48,495 nucleotides of DNA from Burkholderiales bacterium. Lineage in GTDB: Bacteria; Pseudomonadota; Gammaproteobacteria; Burkholderiales; JACQAP01. Position 1 is the stretch's first letter, and each line of letters begins with the position of its first letter. The position numbers and the translations under genes were made by a program. The notes under the pieces are model-generated. The model had not been told where the DNA came from. It was given only the letters and a program-made list of their open reading frames with translations, and did not search any database. Below are positions 1 to 8,261 of this stretch, piece by piece. The DNA is taken from NCBI GenBank assembly GCA_036384015.1, contig DASVNF010000232.1:1-48495 (forward strand), in the 5' to 3' direction.

Positions 1-672
1 GCGGGAGATGAGCCGGCCCATGCGCGTGGCGGCCTTCCAGTCGATCTGGCGCTGCGAATCGCCCTCGCGATACTCGCGCAGCTGGTGGAAATCCAGGCCT
101 TCGCCGCGCCGCCGCCGCTGCAGGACGCCGATCTGCGACAGGCGGTTGTCGGTGGCCAGCACCGCGAACTTGGTCAGTTCGGAAAAGTCCGGATAAACGC
201 GCACCACCTGCGGCTCGCCGGCCGTACGGCTTGCCTGCCACAGTCCGAACTGCGAGTTCAGGCGCAACTCGATCGAACCGAACTTTGCATCGCCGCGCTC
301 GATCGGGCGCAGGCGATAGCGCAGTTCGGCCCAGCCTTTCGCCGGCACGACGACAGGCTGCGGCTGGCCTTCGACCTGCGCGGCGGGCGGATGATGATCG
401 TGCACGGTAACCCGCAATGCCAGCCTGCCGCCGTTGGCCAGGCGGATGCCGACATCGTGTCCCACGCCCAGTGGCAGCGAACCCGGCACCACTCTATGCG
501 CTGCCGGGGTCTGCATGTTCAGCGCGAGGACCGCATCGAATGCAGCGGCCGCCAGCAGCACCGCCGCCGCGGCGATCCAGACCGTTGCCAGGGCCGGCAT
601 GAAGGACACGCCGATGCCCGCGACGGCCAGCAGCGCAGCGAGCAGAAGTAACCGGCGTGAAGGGATCAGCAT
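1..672 (-). CDS. DUF58 domain protein (usual MoxR partner), C-terminus cut by window edge
   Basis: Absent from the ORF track because it runs off the window. A reverse-strand ATG at 670-672 opens a frame that stays open to nt 1: MLIPSRRLLLLAALLAVAGIGVSF...GLDFHQLREYREGDSQRQIDWKAATRMGRLISR. It has two N-terminal hydrophobic helices and the DUF58-type LREYxxGDxxRxIDWKA block. It lies directly downstream of a MoxR ATPase. Confidence 0.8.
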   Translation of the reverse strand, partial: MLIPSRRLLLLAALLAVAGIGVSFMPALATVWIAAAAVLLAAAAFDAVLALNMQTPAAHRVVPGSLPLGVGHDVGIRLANGGRLALRVTVHDHHPPAAQVEGQPQPVVVPAKGWAELRYRLRPIERGDAKFGSIELRLNSQFGLWQASRTAGEPQVVRVYPDFSELTKFAVLATDNRLSQIGVLQRRRRGEGLDFHQLREYREGDSQRQIDWKAATRMGRLISR

Positions 673-681
673 CGGGAAATG

Positions 682-772
682 CCGTGACGAACGTGACGGC
701 GTGACGATCGTGGCGGGGCTCTGGAGCCGTCTTGTGCTGTTACGGCCGTCACGATCGTCACGTTCGTCACGG
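682..772. repeat. Hairpin repeat copy A (unit GTGACGA), between moxR stop and DUF58 start
   Basis: Left arm CCGTGACGAACGTGACGGCGTGACGATCGTG (682-712). Right arm CCGTCACGATCGTCACGTTCGTCACGG (746-772). Each arm has three GTGACG/CGTCAC units, and the outer 17 nt are perfectly complementary. Edges +/-3 nt. Confidence 0.7.
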
Positions 773-775
773 TCT

Positions 776-1756
776 TTAGACCCTCGGTGCCTGGACTTTT
801 TCCAGCAGCGCCTTGATCAGCGTGTCGCTGGTGTGGCCTTCGATCTCGAGTTCCGGCGCCGGCGTGACGCGATGCCTGAGCGCGGGCAGGGCCATGCGCT
901 TGACGTCGTCCGGGGTGGCGAAGCCCCGCCCTTCCATGAGGGCGCAGGCTCGGGCGGCGCGCACCAGCGCGATGCCGCCACGCGGTCCGGCGCCGGACGC
1001 GACGCCATTCCAGGTGCGGGTTGCGCGCACGACGCGCACGACATAGTCCTGCACGGCATCGTCCATGGCCACGGCCGCTGCCATGGCCTGCAGTCCGACC
1101 ACGTGCTGCGGCTGGATCAGGCTGCCGACCTGGTCGACGTTGAGTTTCTCGCCGACCTGGCTGGAGGTGATGCGCTTGAGCATCGCGACTTCCTCTTCCA
1201 GGGGCGGATAGTCGATGCGCACTTTCAGGAGGAAGCGGTCGAGCTGCGCTTCGGGCAGGGCGTAAGTGCCTTCCTGTTCGATCGGATTCTGGGTCGCCAG
1301 CACCATGAAGGGCGGCGCCAGCACATGCGACATGCCTTCGATGGTGACCTGTCCCTCCTGCATGACTTCGAGCAGCGCGGCCTGGGTCTTGGCGGGGGCC
1401 CGGTTGATTTCGTCGGCCAGCAGGAGCTGGGTGAACACCGGTCCGCGCCGTGTCGTGAATTCGCCGCTGCGCTGGTCATAGAGCGTATGGCCGGTGACGT
1501 CCGCCGGCATCAGGTCGGGCGTGAACTGGATGCGTGCGTAACTGCCGCCGAAGGTTTTCGCCAGTGCGCGCACCAGCAGCGTCTTGCCCAGGCCGGGCAC
1601 GCCTTCGATCAGCACATGGCCGCCGGCGAACAGCGCGGCCAGAACCTGGTCGACCGTCTCCTCCTGGCCGACCACGGCGCGCGCGATCTGCGTCCGCATC
1701 GCCGTGCCGATGTCGAAGGCCTGCTTGAGCTGCGAATCCGAGAGACTCGTTGTCAT
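776..1756 (-). CDS. MoxR-family AAA+ ATPase
   Basis: ORF 776..1918 trimmed to the ATG at 1756 (MTTSLSDSQLKQAFDIG...). Walker A GVPGLGKT and Walker B LLADEINR are present, with MoxR/AAA_3-like sequence throughout. ATGA overlap with the upstream gene stop at 1753-1756. Confidence 0.9.
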   Translation of the reverse strand: MTTSLSDSQLKQAFDIGTAMRTQIARAVVGQEETVDQVLAALFAGGHVLIEGVPGLGKTLLVRALAKTFGGSYARIQFTPDLMPADVTGHTLYDQRSGEFTTRRGPVFTQLLLADEINRAPAKTQAALLEVMQEGQVTIEGMSHVLAPPFMVLATQNPIEQEGTYALPEAQLDRFLLKVRIDYPPLEEEVAMLKRITSSQVGEKLNVDQVGSLIQPQHVVGLQAMAAAVAMDDAVQDYVVRVVRATRTWNGVASGAGPRGGIALVRAARACALMEGRGFATPDDVKRMALPALRHRVTPAPELEIEGHTSDTLIKALLEKVQAPRV

Positions 1757-2910
1757 CGTGTTTTCCTTGAGGGTACCCGCGCCTTGAGCGCGAGCTGTTC
1801 GTGCACTGCCTGGTAGAGACCGATCGCTTGCAGGAAATCCATCATCTTCGCCGCGTTGGCGGGGGCGAGCAGTTGCCGCACGCGCGGCTCGGGCCAGCCG
1901 AGGATTTCGGCCAGCCACCGCGGTCGTTCCGCGTCGGAAATCGCCAGGAAGTCAGGATGCGCCCGGGCGATGCGGCGCAGGCAGGAATCACGCGCGGCAT
2001 CGAGCATGCGTTGTGCGCCGCCGCTGGACCAGAGAAAGCGTCCGCTGGCGCGCAGGTGGTCGAGCAGCCGGCGGCGGTTGCGCGCCGGATCCGGGGCGAT
2101 GGGGCCGAGCCGCGGCGCAACGGACCAGAGCCACAGCAGCAGCAGAACGGCACCTCCCGCCAGCGGCGCCCAGGCATTTTCCTGCAGCCAGTCGCCGAGC
2201 GAGAGCCTGCCGGCGTTGCTGAACAGCAAAACCGGCCTGTCATCGGGAACGATCGAAACCATCTGCCAGAGGAACTGGGCGTGCTGTTCCTCGCCGATGG
2301 ACGGATTGAAGGCGAATTCCAGTTCGTTGAGAACCATGACCAGGCCGTTGCCATGCTCTACCAGCAGCAGGGCCTTGCCGGAGCCGTCGTCGAAATGGTA
2401 TTCGGCAGCCGGCGCCTCCAGGCGCATGCGTCGCGACAGTTGCACCCTCGAGGCCGAGTCGCTTCCCGGCAGCCTCACTTCGACCGGCTCGTTGGAATCC
2501 TTCGAGCCGCGCGGGCGCCTGACGGCATGACGCTGCACGCGCAGCGCCTCGAGCAGGGGATCGGATTGGCCGGGCGGCTCAGCCTCGACGATCAGGTACC
2601 CGCCGTTGGCGACCCACTCCAGGATATCCAGCTGCAACGACTGGCTCAGGATGGTCCGTCGCGCGGGCAGCACCAGGGTCGCCGGTGCCGGCAGGGTTCG
2701 CAGTTCCGGTATGGACCGCAGGGTCGAGGCCTTGGCGCCCAGGCGCAGCAGCAGGCGTTCCGCGGCGAGGAAAGGATTGCGCAGGGCAGGACCGCGATAT
2801 CCCGTATGCACGGTCTCCGTAACCTCCTCGAAATTCCTGAAGAACCAGGCCGCGCCCGCAGCGATTACGGCCAGCAACAGGACGCCGACGAGAACCTGGA
2901 CCCGGCTCAT
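1753..2910 (-). CDS. DUF4350-like membrane-anchored protein
   Basis: ORF 1753..3078 trimmed to MSRVQVLVGVLLLAVIAAGAAWFF... (ATG 2910), which gives an ATGA overlap with the upstream stop at 2907. N-terminal TM helix, a second TM (AVLLLLWLWSV) and a C-terminal helical region are typical of the DUF4350 member of MoxR/DUF58 clusters. Family call is from memory. Confidence 0.6.
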   Translation of the reverse strand: MSRVQVLVGVLLLAVIAAGAAWFFRNFEEVTETVHTGYRGPALRNPFLAAERLLLRLGAKASTLRSIPELRTLPAPATLVLPARRTILSQSLQLDILEWVANGGYLIVEAEPPGQSDPLLEALRVQRHAVRRPRGSKDSNEPVEVRLPGSDSASRVQLSRRMRLEAPAAEYHFDDGSGKALLLVEHGNGLVMVLNELEFAFNPSIGEEQHAQFLWQMVSIVPDDRPVLLFSNAGRLSLGDWLQENAWAPLAGGAVLLLLWLWSVAPRLGPIAPDPARNRRRLLDHLRASGRFLWSSGGAQRMLDAARDSCLRRIARAHPDFLAISDAERPRWLAEILGWPEPRVRQLLAPANAAKMMDFLQAIGLYQAVHEQLALKARVPSRKTR

Positions 2911-4385
2911 GCTTGCGCCTGTCGGGCAAAGTGCAGCGGCCAGTTGTTGCAGAGTTGTTCCACGCCTGCGGGCGCCGGCGTCTGCGCGGCATAGGCCACG
3001 CCCTGCCATGCCGCCACCAGCTCGCGGAAGTAAACCACGCCGGCTTCCGGCAAGGAGGCGCCCGCGGCGCGCACGCAATCGCCCTCCGTATATCCCGCGA
3101 GCAACGGAATTTCGTACCTGTGGACCAGCGCGGAAAGGGCGCCGCGATACAGGAGGGACAACGCTTCCCGCATGCGCCCCTCACGGGCCGCCGCCGCCGC
3201 CGCGGCGGCAACGTCTTCAGGCAGGGATTCAGGCGCGACATCGAGGCCGAACAACGCGTCCGGCGGCCGGTAGGCCTGCCTGCGCAGGCGCGGCTCGGGC
3301 ATGAACCGGCGCAACGCATACAGGATCAGCAGAAGCGCAACGATCGCCAGCACCCAGAGCAGGCCCTGCGAAATGTCCGAAATGAACCGGATGAAATTGA
3401 TCATCGAGTCGGAGATCGTGCGCGGCTTGCCTTCCGGCTGGTCGAACTCGCCGATGTAGCGCCAGCGCTTCACCTCGCGTTCCGAACCGAAGTCGGGACT
3501 GGCGAGGACCTCGGCGATTTCGCGTTGCGGGGATTTTGCGCTTTGCTGGGCCATGGCCGGCTGCGGCCCGCCGATTGCAACCGCTGCAGCGGCGGTCACC
3601 GCTAGAAACAGAACCGCCGCCTTTGCCATGCCCCGCAGGCGTTCTTCGAGACGCCGCAACTGCACTTCGATGTCCCAGCCCTCCAGGATGGTGCGGCGGT
3701 TCAGGTATAGCGCGAAACCGGCGGTGACGTAGAACGGCTCGACCAGCGACACGGCCAGCACGTAGTGCAACACGTCCTTGATGCCCCAGGTCGTCATTTC
3801 GCGAAGTGCCGAGCGCATGTCGTCGGCGTAAGCCTCGTCGGGCACCAGGTCTGCTGCCGAGGGTTCGAGCATGGCAAGGACGACAAGCGTCGCAAACAGG
3901 GCAACCCCTTCAATGCTCTGGCAGACCACTGTTAGCCAGACGGCGTTCCCCCGGGTACGCACGCCCAGCGCGTTGCGCCTTTTTCGCGCCGCGGATCCGG
4001 ACTGTTTCTCCAGCGTCGACACCGGCAGCATGAACGAGCGCGCGAAATCGAAGCGGCCGAACGTCAGCGAACCGATCAGTCCCGGCCGCAACCATTCCCC
4101 GGACGCGCGGAGCGTCGCCATGACGCCGCATTCCTCGCCGAAGACGGCGCGGCTGGCGGCATGCAGCACCGCCCGATCGAACAGCGGCTTCAGCCACAAC
4201 AACACCAGCACGGCGTAGAACTTGTTCTGGAAAACGATCAGGAGCAACGCCGCCGCCGGCAGGTAAAGCGCCAGCCAGACACCCCAGATCGGCCGCCACC
4301 ATGCGCGCGCCATCTGGAAGCCCAGATCCAGGGCCTCCCATTGCGAACGTGGCCGCAGCGCCACCGCGATGCGGTCAAGTTCCAC
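2907..4385 (-). CDS. Multi-pass membrane protein with C-terminal DUF4129-like domain
   Basis: GTG start at 4385 (MELDRIAVALRPRSQWEALDLGF...). Several TM segments. C-terminal block LSLLYRGALSALVHRYEIPLLAGYTEGDC resembles DUF4129. Overlaps the upstream gene end by 11 nt. Confidence 0.6.
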   Translation of the reverse strand: MELDRIAVALRPRSQWEALDLGFQMARAWWRPIWGVWLALYLPAAALLLIVFQNKFYAVLVLLWLKPLFDRAVLHAASRAVFGEECGVMATLRASGEWLRPGLIGSLTFGRFDFARSFMLPVSTLEKQSGSAARKRRNALGVRTRGNAVWLTVVCQSIEGVALFATLVVLAMLEPSAADLVPDEAYADDMRSALREMTTWGIKDVLHYVLAVSLVEPFYVTAGFALYLNRRTILEGWDIEVQLRRLEERLRGMAKAAVLFLAVTAAAAVAIGGPQPAMAQQSAKSPQREIAEVLASPDFGSEREVKRWRYIGEFDQPEGKPRTISDSMINFIRFISDISQGLLWVLAIVALLLILYALRRFMPEPRLRRQAYRPPDALFGLDVAPESLPEDVAAAAAAAAREGRMREALSLLYRGALSALVHRYEIPLLAGYTEGDCVRAAGASLPEAGVVYFRELVAAWQGVAYAAQTPAPAGVEQLCNNWPLHFARQAQA

Positions 4386-5358
4386 GGCCGCGGCCCGCGA
4401 ACAGGAAATAGAGCAGCAGGATGAGCCATATCGCCAATCCGACGGCGTACTTCGTCGAAGGCGGAAAGGTCTTGAGCGGCGACCAGAAACCCTCGATGAA
4501 GGCGGCGATCAGGAACATCAGCGCCGCGCCATACATGATTTTCACGGCGGGACGTCCGGCTGCAACCAGGGCGGCTTTGCGCGAGAGCCCGCGCGGCGAG
4601 ATGAGGGCGCCGCCGAGTTTCAGGCCGGCGGCGCCTGACAGCACGATGGCGCCCAGCTCCATGGCGCTGTGGCCGGAAACGAAAGACCAGAAAGGCACGC
4701 CATGGCCGACGGCGGTGAGATAACCCGCGACCGCGCCTATCGTCAAGCCGTTGGACAGCAGATAGAAAATCGTGCCCAGCCCGAACGCCATGCCGGTCGC
4801 GAAAGTCTGGAAGCCGATCTTCACGTTGTTCCAGATGTAATACGCGAACATCATCACGTTGTCATCCGCGTCGCGCATGCCCACGCGCGTGTTCGCCGGA
4901 TCGTACATCTCCTGGAACTGGGCGATATGCCGCGGATCGAGCAGGTGATAGATGAAATCCGGATGCGCGATCAGCGCGGCGATCATCGCCAGCAGGGGTC
5001 CGAAGAACAGCACCATGCTGGCAACCACAAGCCGCCATTCGTCGCGCACCATCCCGGGAAAATCCGCGGCGAGGAACCGCAACACCCGGGCGGAGTGTCC
5101 GCCCCGCGCGCCGTAGAGCAGATGATGTCCCCTGAGCACGAGCTGGTTCAGGCGGTCGACAAGATCGGGGCTGTATTGACGGTCGCGCGCAAGCGCAAGG
5201 AGCTGGCAGATGCGCCGGTAAACCGCCGGCATTTCCACGTCCGGCAGCGCGTTCACCGCCCGGGTGCGGTCGCGCCTGCCTGCCTGCTTGTGCTCCAGCC
5301 ACCTTTCGAACCGGCCGATTTCTTCACCATGACGCTGCTCGAACACGGCCTGTCTCAT
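4375..5358 (-). CDS. SpoIIM-like (stage II sporulation protein M / DUF95 family) integral membrane protein
   Basis: 327-aa ORF with a cytoplasmic N-terminal helical part (FERWLEHK...YRRICQLLALARDRQYS) followed by about 5 TM helices. ATGA overlap with the RDD gene stop at 5355-5358. Confidence 0.6.
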   Translation of the reverse strand: MRQAVFEQRHGEEIGRFERWLEHKQAGRRDRTRAVNALPDVEMPAVYRRICQLLALARDRQYSPDLVDRLNQLVLRGHHLLYGARGGHSARVLRFLAADFPGMVRDEWRLVVASMVLFFGPLLAMIAALIAHPDFIYHLLDPRHIAQFQEMYDPANTRVGMRDADDNVMMFAYYIWNNVKIGFQTFATGMAFGLGTIFYLLSNGLTIGAVAGYLTAVGHGVPFWSFVSGHSAMELGAIVLSGAAGLKLGGALISPRGLSRKAALVAAGRPAVKIMYGAALMFLIAAFIEGFWSPLKTFPPSTKYAVGLAIWLILLLYFLFAGRGRGT

Positions 5359-6038
5359 CGTCGTCCGATCAGGTGGTTTGCCAGCGCCACGAGTCGCCCG
5401 GTGGCGGCGTCGCCCGAGCGTCCGGCGGTCAGGGAAGCTGCAATCTCGGCGAGTTCCGCTGACCGCTCAGGCGTCAGGCGCGCGGACCGTTCGGCGAAGT
5501 CGAGCACGGTGCGCTGCTCCGCGGCCGACATCTGGAACGGCGGCGCAACAGGCGGGGCTTCGGGAATTTTCAGGGTGCGCGGCTTTTCCTCGCGGTATAC
5601 CACCAGCGTATCGGCAGCGAGATCGCCCAAGCGCTTGAAATCGCGATTGGACACCATGGCGCAATAGCCGAGGAAATACATGAAGGGCAGGAAGTCCAGG
5701 GCTCGCAGCAGATTGCGCGTGAGTGCCGCGGACCAGCGCACCGGCGTGCCGTCGTCGTGCAGGACCATGAGGCCCATCGCGCGCTTGCCCGGCGTCGCAC
5801 CGCTCCAGTTGACTTCGAACCAGGCGGGATAGAGCCATTCGAGCAGGAACATCGACAGCATCATGATCGCTGCGCCGAATTGCCCGAGGGCGCCGGCGCC
5901 GAGACCGATGATCACGAGAATGACCGCGCGGATCAACAGGTCCAGCACCCAGGCCAGCGCGCGCGGCACCGGACCCGCCACCCGCAGCGTCAGTTCGATG
6001 CCTTCCGGCGTACCGATGCGGGCGGTGGTGTCGAGCAA
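5355..6038 (-). CDS. RDD family membrane protein
   Basis: ORF track gives 5355..6188, but that start overlaps the upstream gene by 128 nt. An in-frame TTG at 6036-6038 (LDTTARIGTPEGIELTLRVAGPVPRALAWVLDLLIR...) lies 22 nt after the upstream stop. The TM pattern plus PGKRAMGLMV motif is RDD-like. The start is uncertain. Confidence 0.65.
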   Translation of the reverse strand: MLDTTARIGTPEGIELTLRVAGPVPRALAWVLDLLIRAVILVIIGLGAGALGQFGAAIMMLSMFLLEWLYPAWFEVNWSGATPGKRAMGLMVLHDDGTPVRWSAALTRNLLRALDFLPFMYFLGYCAMVSNRDFKRLGDLAADTLVVYREEKPRTLKIPEAPPVAPPFQMSAAEQRTVLDFAERSARLTPERSAELAEIAASLTAGRSGDAATGRLVALANHLIGRR

Positions 6039-6060
6039 AGGGCGGGCTAACCTGGCCGTG

Positions 6061-6834
6061 TCAGGCCGAGTAGAAGATATCCCGGTAGCTTGTATACAGG
6101 GATGCGAGCGCGACCGGTCCGAGCAGCAGCCAGCCCAGCCCGAGCGGGATGGAAGCGAGGATGGCCAGGACGAACACGACGATGCCATAGACCAGAAACG
6201 GCACGATATTCTTCAGGCATGCGAAGAAGCTGGTCCTGAGGGCCTGGCCGACGGTGAAATCGTTCAGCGCGATGAGCGGGTAGCTGAACCAAACCGCCAT
6301 GTAAAGCGGGATGCTGAGGGCCATCATGATCAGGACCGCGAGCAGCATCGTCATGCCCATGGCCGCGGCAGCCGCCGGATCGCTCGTGCCACCCATGAAC
6401 ATGCCCGCAATCGCCGCGCCGAAGATCACCGCGAGGATGGCGAATATCGCAATGTAACCGAGCACCAGAAATGCGCCGACGCCGGCAAGCCTGCCGGCGT
6501 TCTTGCTGAAGCCCGCGAACAGGTGACCCACGGTCAGCGGTTCACCCCTGCGCAAGGCATCGCAGCCGAGCATGACGCCGCCCAGCAGGATCGGGCTGAT
6601 GATGTTCAGCGCCAGCGGGCCCAGGAAAGGGATGAAACTGAGGACGATCACGATTACCACGAAGACCAGGAACAGGCCGATCCAGGTACCCAGGTTCGGT
6701 TTTACGAGCGCCCATGCCTCGGTCACCCAGGACCAGCCGCTGCTGGCGGCGCGACCTTCGGCTATGAAATTCTCGCTGCGGGATGGCGTATCGGCGACGT
6801 GCGACTTGGGTGCGGCGTACGGATCAATGGACAT
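6061..6834 (-). CDS. Multi-pass membrane protein (BPSS1780 / DUF2189-like)
   Basis: ORF 6061..6912 trimmed to MSIDPYAAPKSH... (ATG 6834), preceded by AAGGGGAG. About 6 TM helices; the block LSFIPFLGPLALNIISPILLGGVMLGCDALRRGEPLTVGHLFAGF resembles that family. Product name is tentative. Confidence 0.5.
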   Translation of the reverse strand: MSIDPYAAPKSHVADTPSRSENFIAEGRAASSGWSWVTEAWALVKPNLGTWIGLFLVFVVIVIVLSFIPFLGPLALNIISPILLGGVMLGCDALRRGEPLTVGHLFAGFSKNAGRLAGVGAFLVLGYIAIFAILAVIFGAAIAGMFMGGTSDPAAAAAMGMTMLLAVLIMMALSIPLYMAVWFSYPLIALNDFTVGQALRTSFFACLKNIVPFLVYGIVVFVLAILASIPLGLGWLLLGPVALASLYTSYRDIFYSA

Positions 6835-6983
6835 GGTTCGGCTCTCCCCTTGTGACGTTGCTGTGCTGGCGCAACGTAGCGCAAGGGTAGAGGAGCGGGG
6901 CAACGCTGGCAAGCCGGGCGGGATGTCAATCCGCTGTCATATTGACGGCTTGCAGGACATGGTTTCCGCCGCGAGGCGGCAAT

Positions 6984-8261
6984 TCAGGCCGCGTTCCTGC
7001 GGCTCGCGCCGACCGGTCGTTCGAGCAGGGTGGAACTGCCGTCGCGGGCCAGTCGTATGCCCGAAAATTGCCAGCGCGCAGTGGCGGGAAAGAAATTGCG
7101 GTAAGTGGTCCGGGTATGGCCCGCCGGCGTGGCGCACGAGCCGCCGCGCAGGACGTACTGGTTCACCATGAATTTGCCGTTGTACTCGCCGAGCGCGCCT
7201 TCGGGAGAGCGGAACCCGGGATAGGGGCTGTAGCTCGATTGCGTCCATTGCCAGGCTTCGTCCGCGGTTTGGCGCAGCGTTTGGCCGGCAGCCGCGTTCT
7301 CCCATTCCGCTTCCGTGGGTAGCCGCGCGTCCGCCCAGCGCGCGTAGGCATCAGCCTCGAAATAGGAAATGTGGATCAGCGGCCGCTCCGGATCCAGCCT
7401 CCTCTGGCCGGCGAGCGTGAATTCGCTCCATCCTGCATCCGTGGATTCCCAGTAGAGCGGCTGCGCCAGCGCGTTGGCGCGGATCCAGTCCCAGCCCTCC
7501 GAAAGCCACAACTCCGGACGGTTGTAGCCGCCGTCCTCGATGAAGCGGAGGTAGTCGCCATTGGTTACGAGGCGGGATGCCAGGGAATAGGGCTGCAGGT
7601 ATTGCCGGTGCCGCGGCAGTTCGTTGTCGAAACAGAATTCATTGCCGTCGTGGCCGATTTCGGCGATCCCGCCGTCGAAGCCGGCCCATTCCAGCGCGCC
7701 GGCCGGCGCGGACGGCTCCCGCTCCTGGCCGCCATAAGGCGGCTTGAGCGGATTCAGCGATAGCAGGTGCTTGATGTCGGTCAGGATGAGTTCCTGGTGC
7801 TGCTGTTCGTGATGCAGTCCGAGCTCGACCAGCAGGCGGAAACTTTCCTCGTGGCCGTGTTTCTCGAACATCGCCTCCATGCGTTCGTTCACCCTCTTGC
7901 GGTAAAGGTGGACCTCGTAGAGCGCGGGACGGGTCAGCATGCCGCGTTGCGGCCGCGGATGCTTTTCGCCGATACCGTTGTAGTAGGAATTGAACAGGAT
8001 GCGGAACGCCGGCATGAAGGGCCGGAAGCCGGGCTCGTATTTTTCCAGCACGAAGGTTTCGAAAAACCACGTCGTGTGCGCCAGGTGCCATTTGGCCGGG
8101 CTTGCGTCGGGCATGGACTGCACGCAGCAATCTTCCTCCGACAGCGGCCGGACCAGATCGATGGTGTGCGCCCGCACCCGGCCGAAGTGCTTCCGAAGGC
8201 GCGGGCCGCGATCGGCGTCGATCCGGGCTTCCTCGACTTCCAGCCGTCGCGTATCGTTCAT
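6984..8261 (-). CDS. egtB: Ergothioneine biosynthesis sulfoxide synthase EgtB (DinB_2 + FGE-sulfatase domains)
   Basis: 425 aa. The N-terminal DinB-like region has WHLAHTTWFFETF and HHEQQHQELI metal-binding motifs. The C-terminal FGE-like region has NVWQW-type AWQWTQSSYSPYPGF and RGGSCATP. Adjacent to egtD, with a 1-nt stop/start overlap at 8261. Confidence 0.85.
   Translation of the reverse strand: MNDTRRLEVEEARIDADRGPRLRKHFGRVRAHTIDLVRPLSEEDCCVQSMPDASPAKWHLAHTTWFFETFVLEKYEPGFRPFMPAFRILFNSYYNGIGEKHPRPQRGMLTRPALYEVHLYRKRVNERMEAMFEKHGHEESFRLLVELGLHHEQQHQELILTDIKHLLSLNPLKPPYGGQEREPSAPAGALEWAGFDGGIAEIGHDGNEFCFDNELPRHRQYLQPYSLASRLVTNGDYLRFIEDGGYNRPELWLSEGWDWIRANALAQPLYWESTDAGWSEFTLAGQRRLDPERPLIHISYFEADAYARWADARLPTEAEWENAAAGQTLRQTADEAWQWTQSSYSPYPGFRSPEGALGEYNGKFMVNQYVLRGGSCATPAGHTRTTYRNFFPATARWQFSGIRLARDGSSTLLERPVGASRRNAA

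Noticed and set aside
6925-6950. Inverted repeat GTCAAT-N10-ATTGAC upstream of the BPSS1780-like membrane gene, considered as an operator
   Set aside because: The arms are only 6 bp, there is no accompanying -35/-10 with proper spacing, and no second copy occurs in the window. It is too weak to call.
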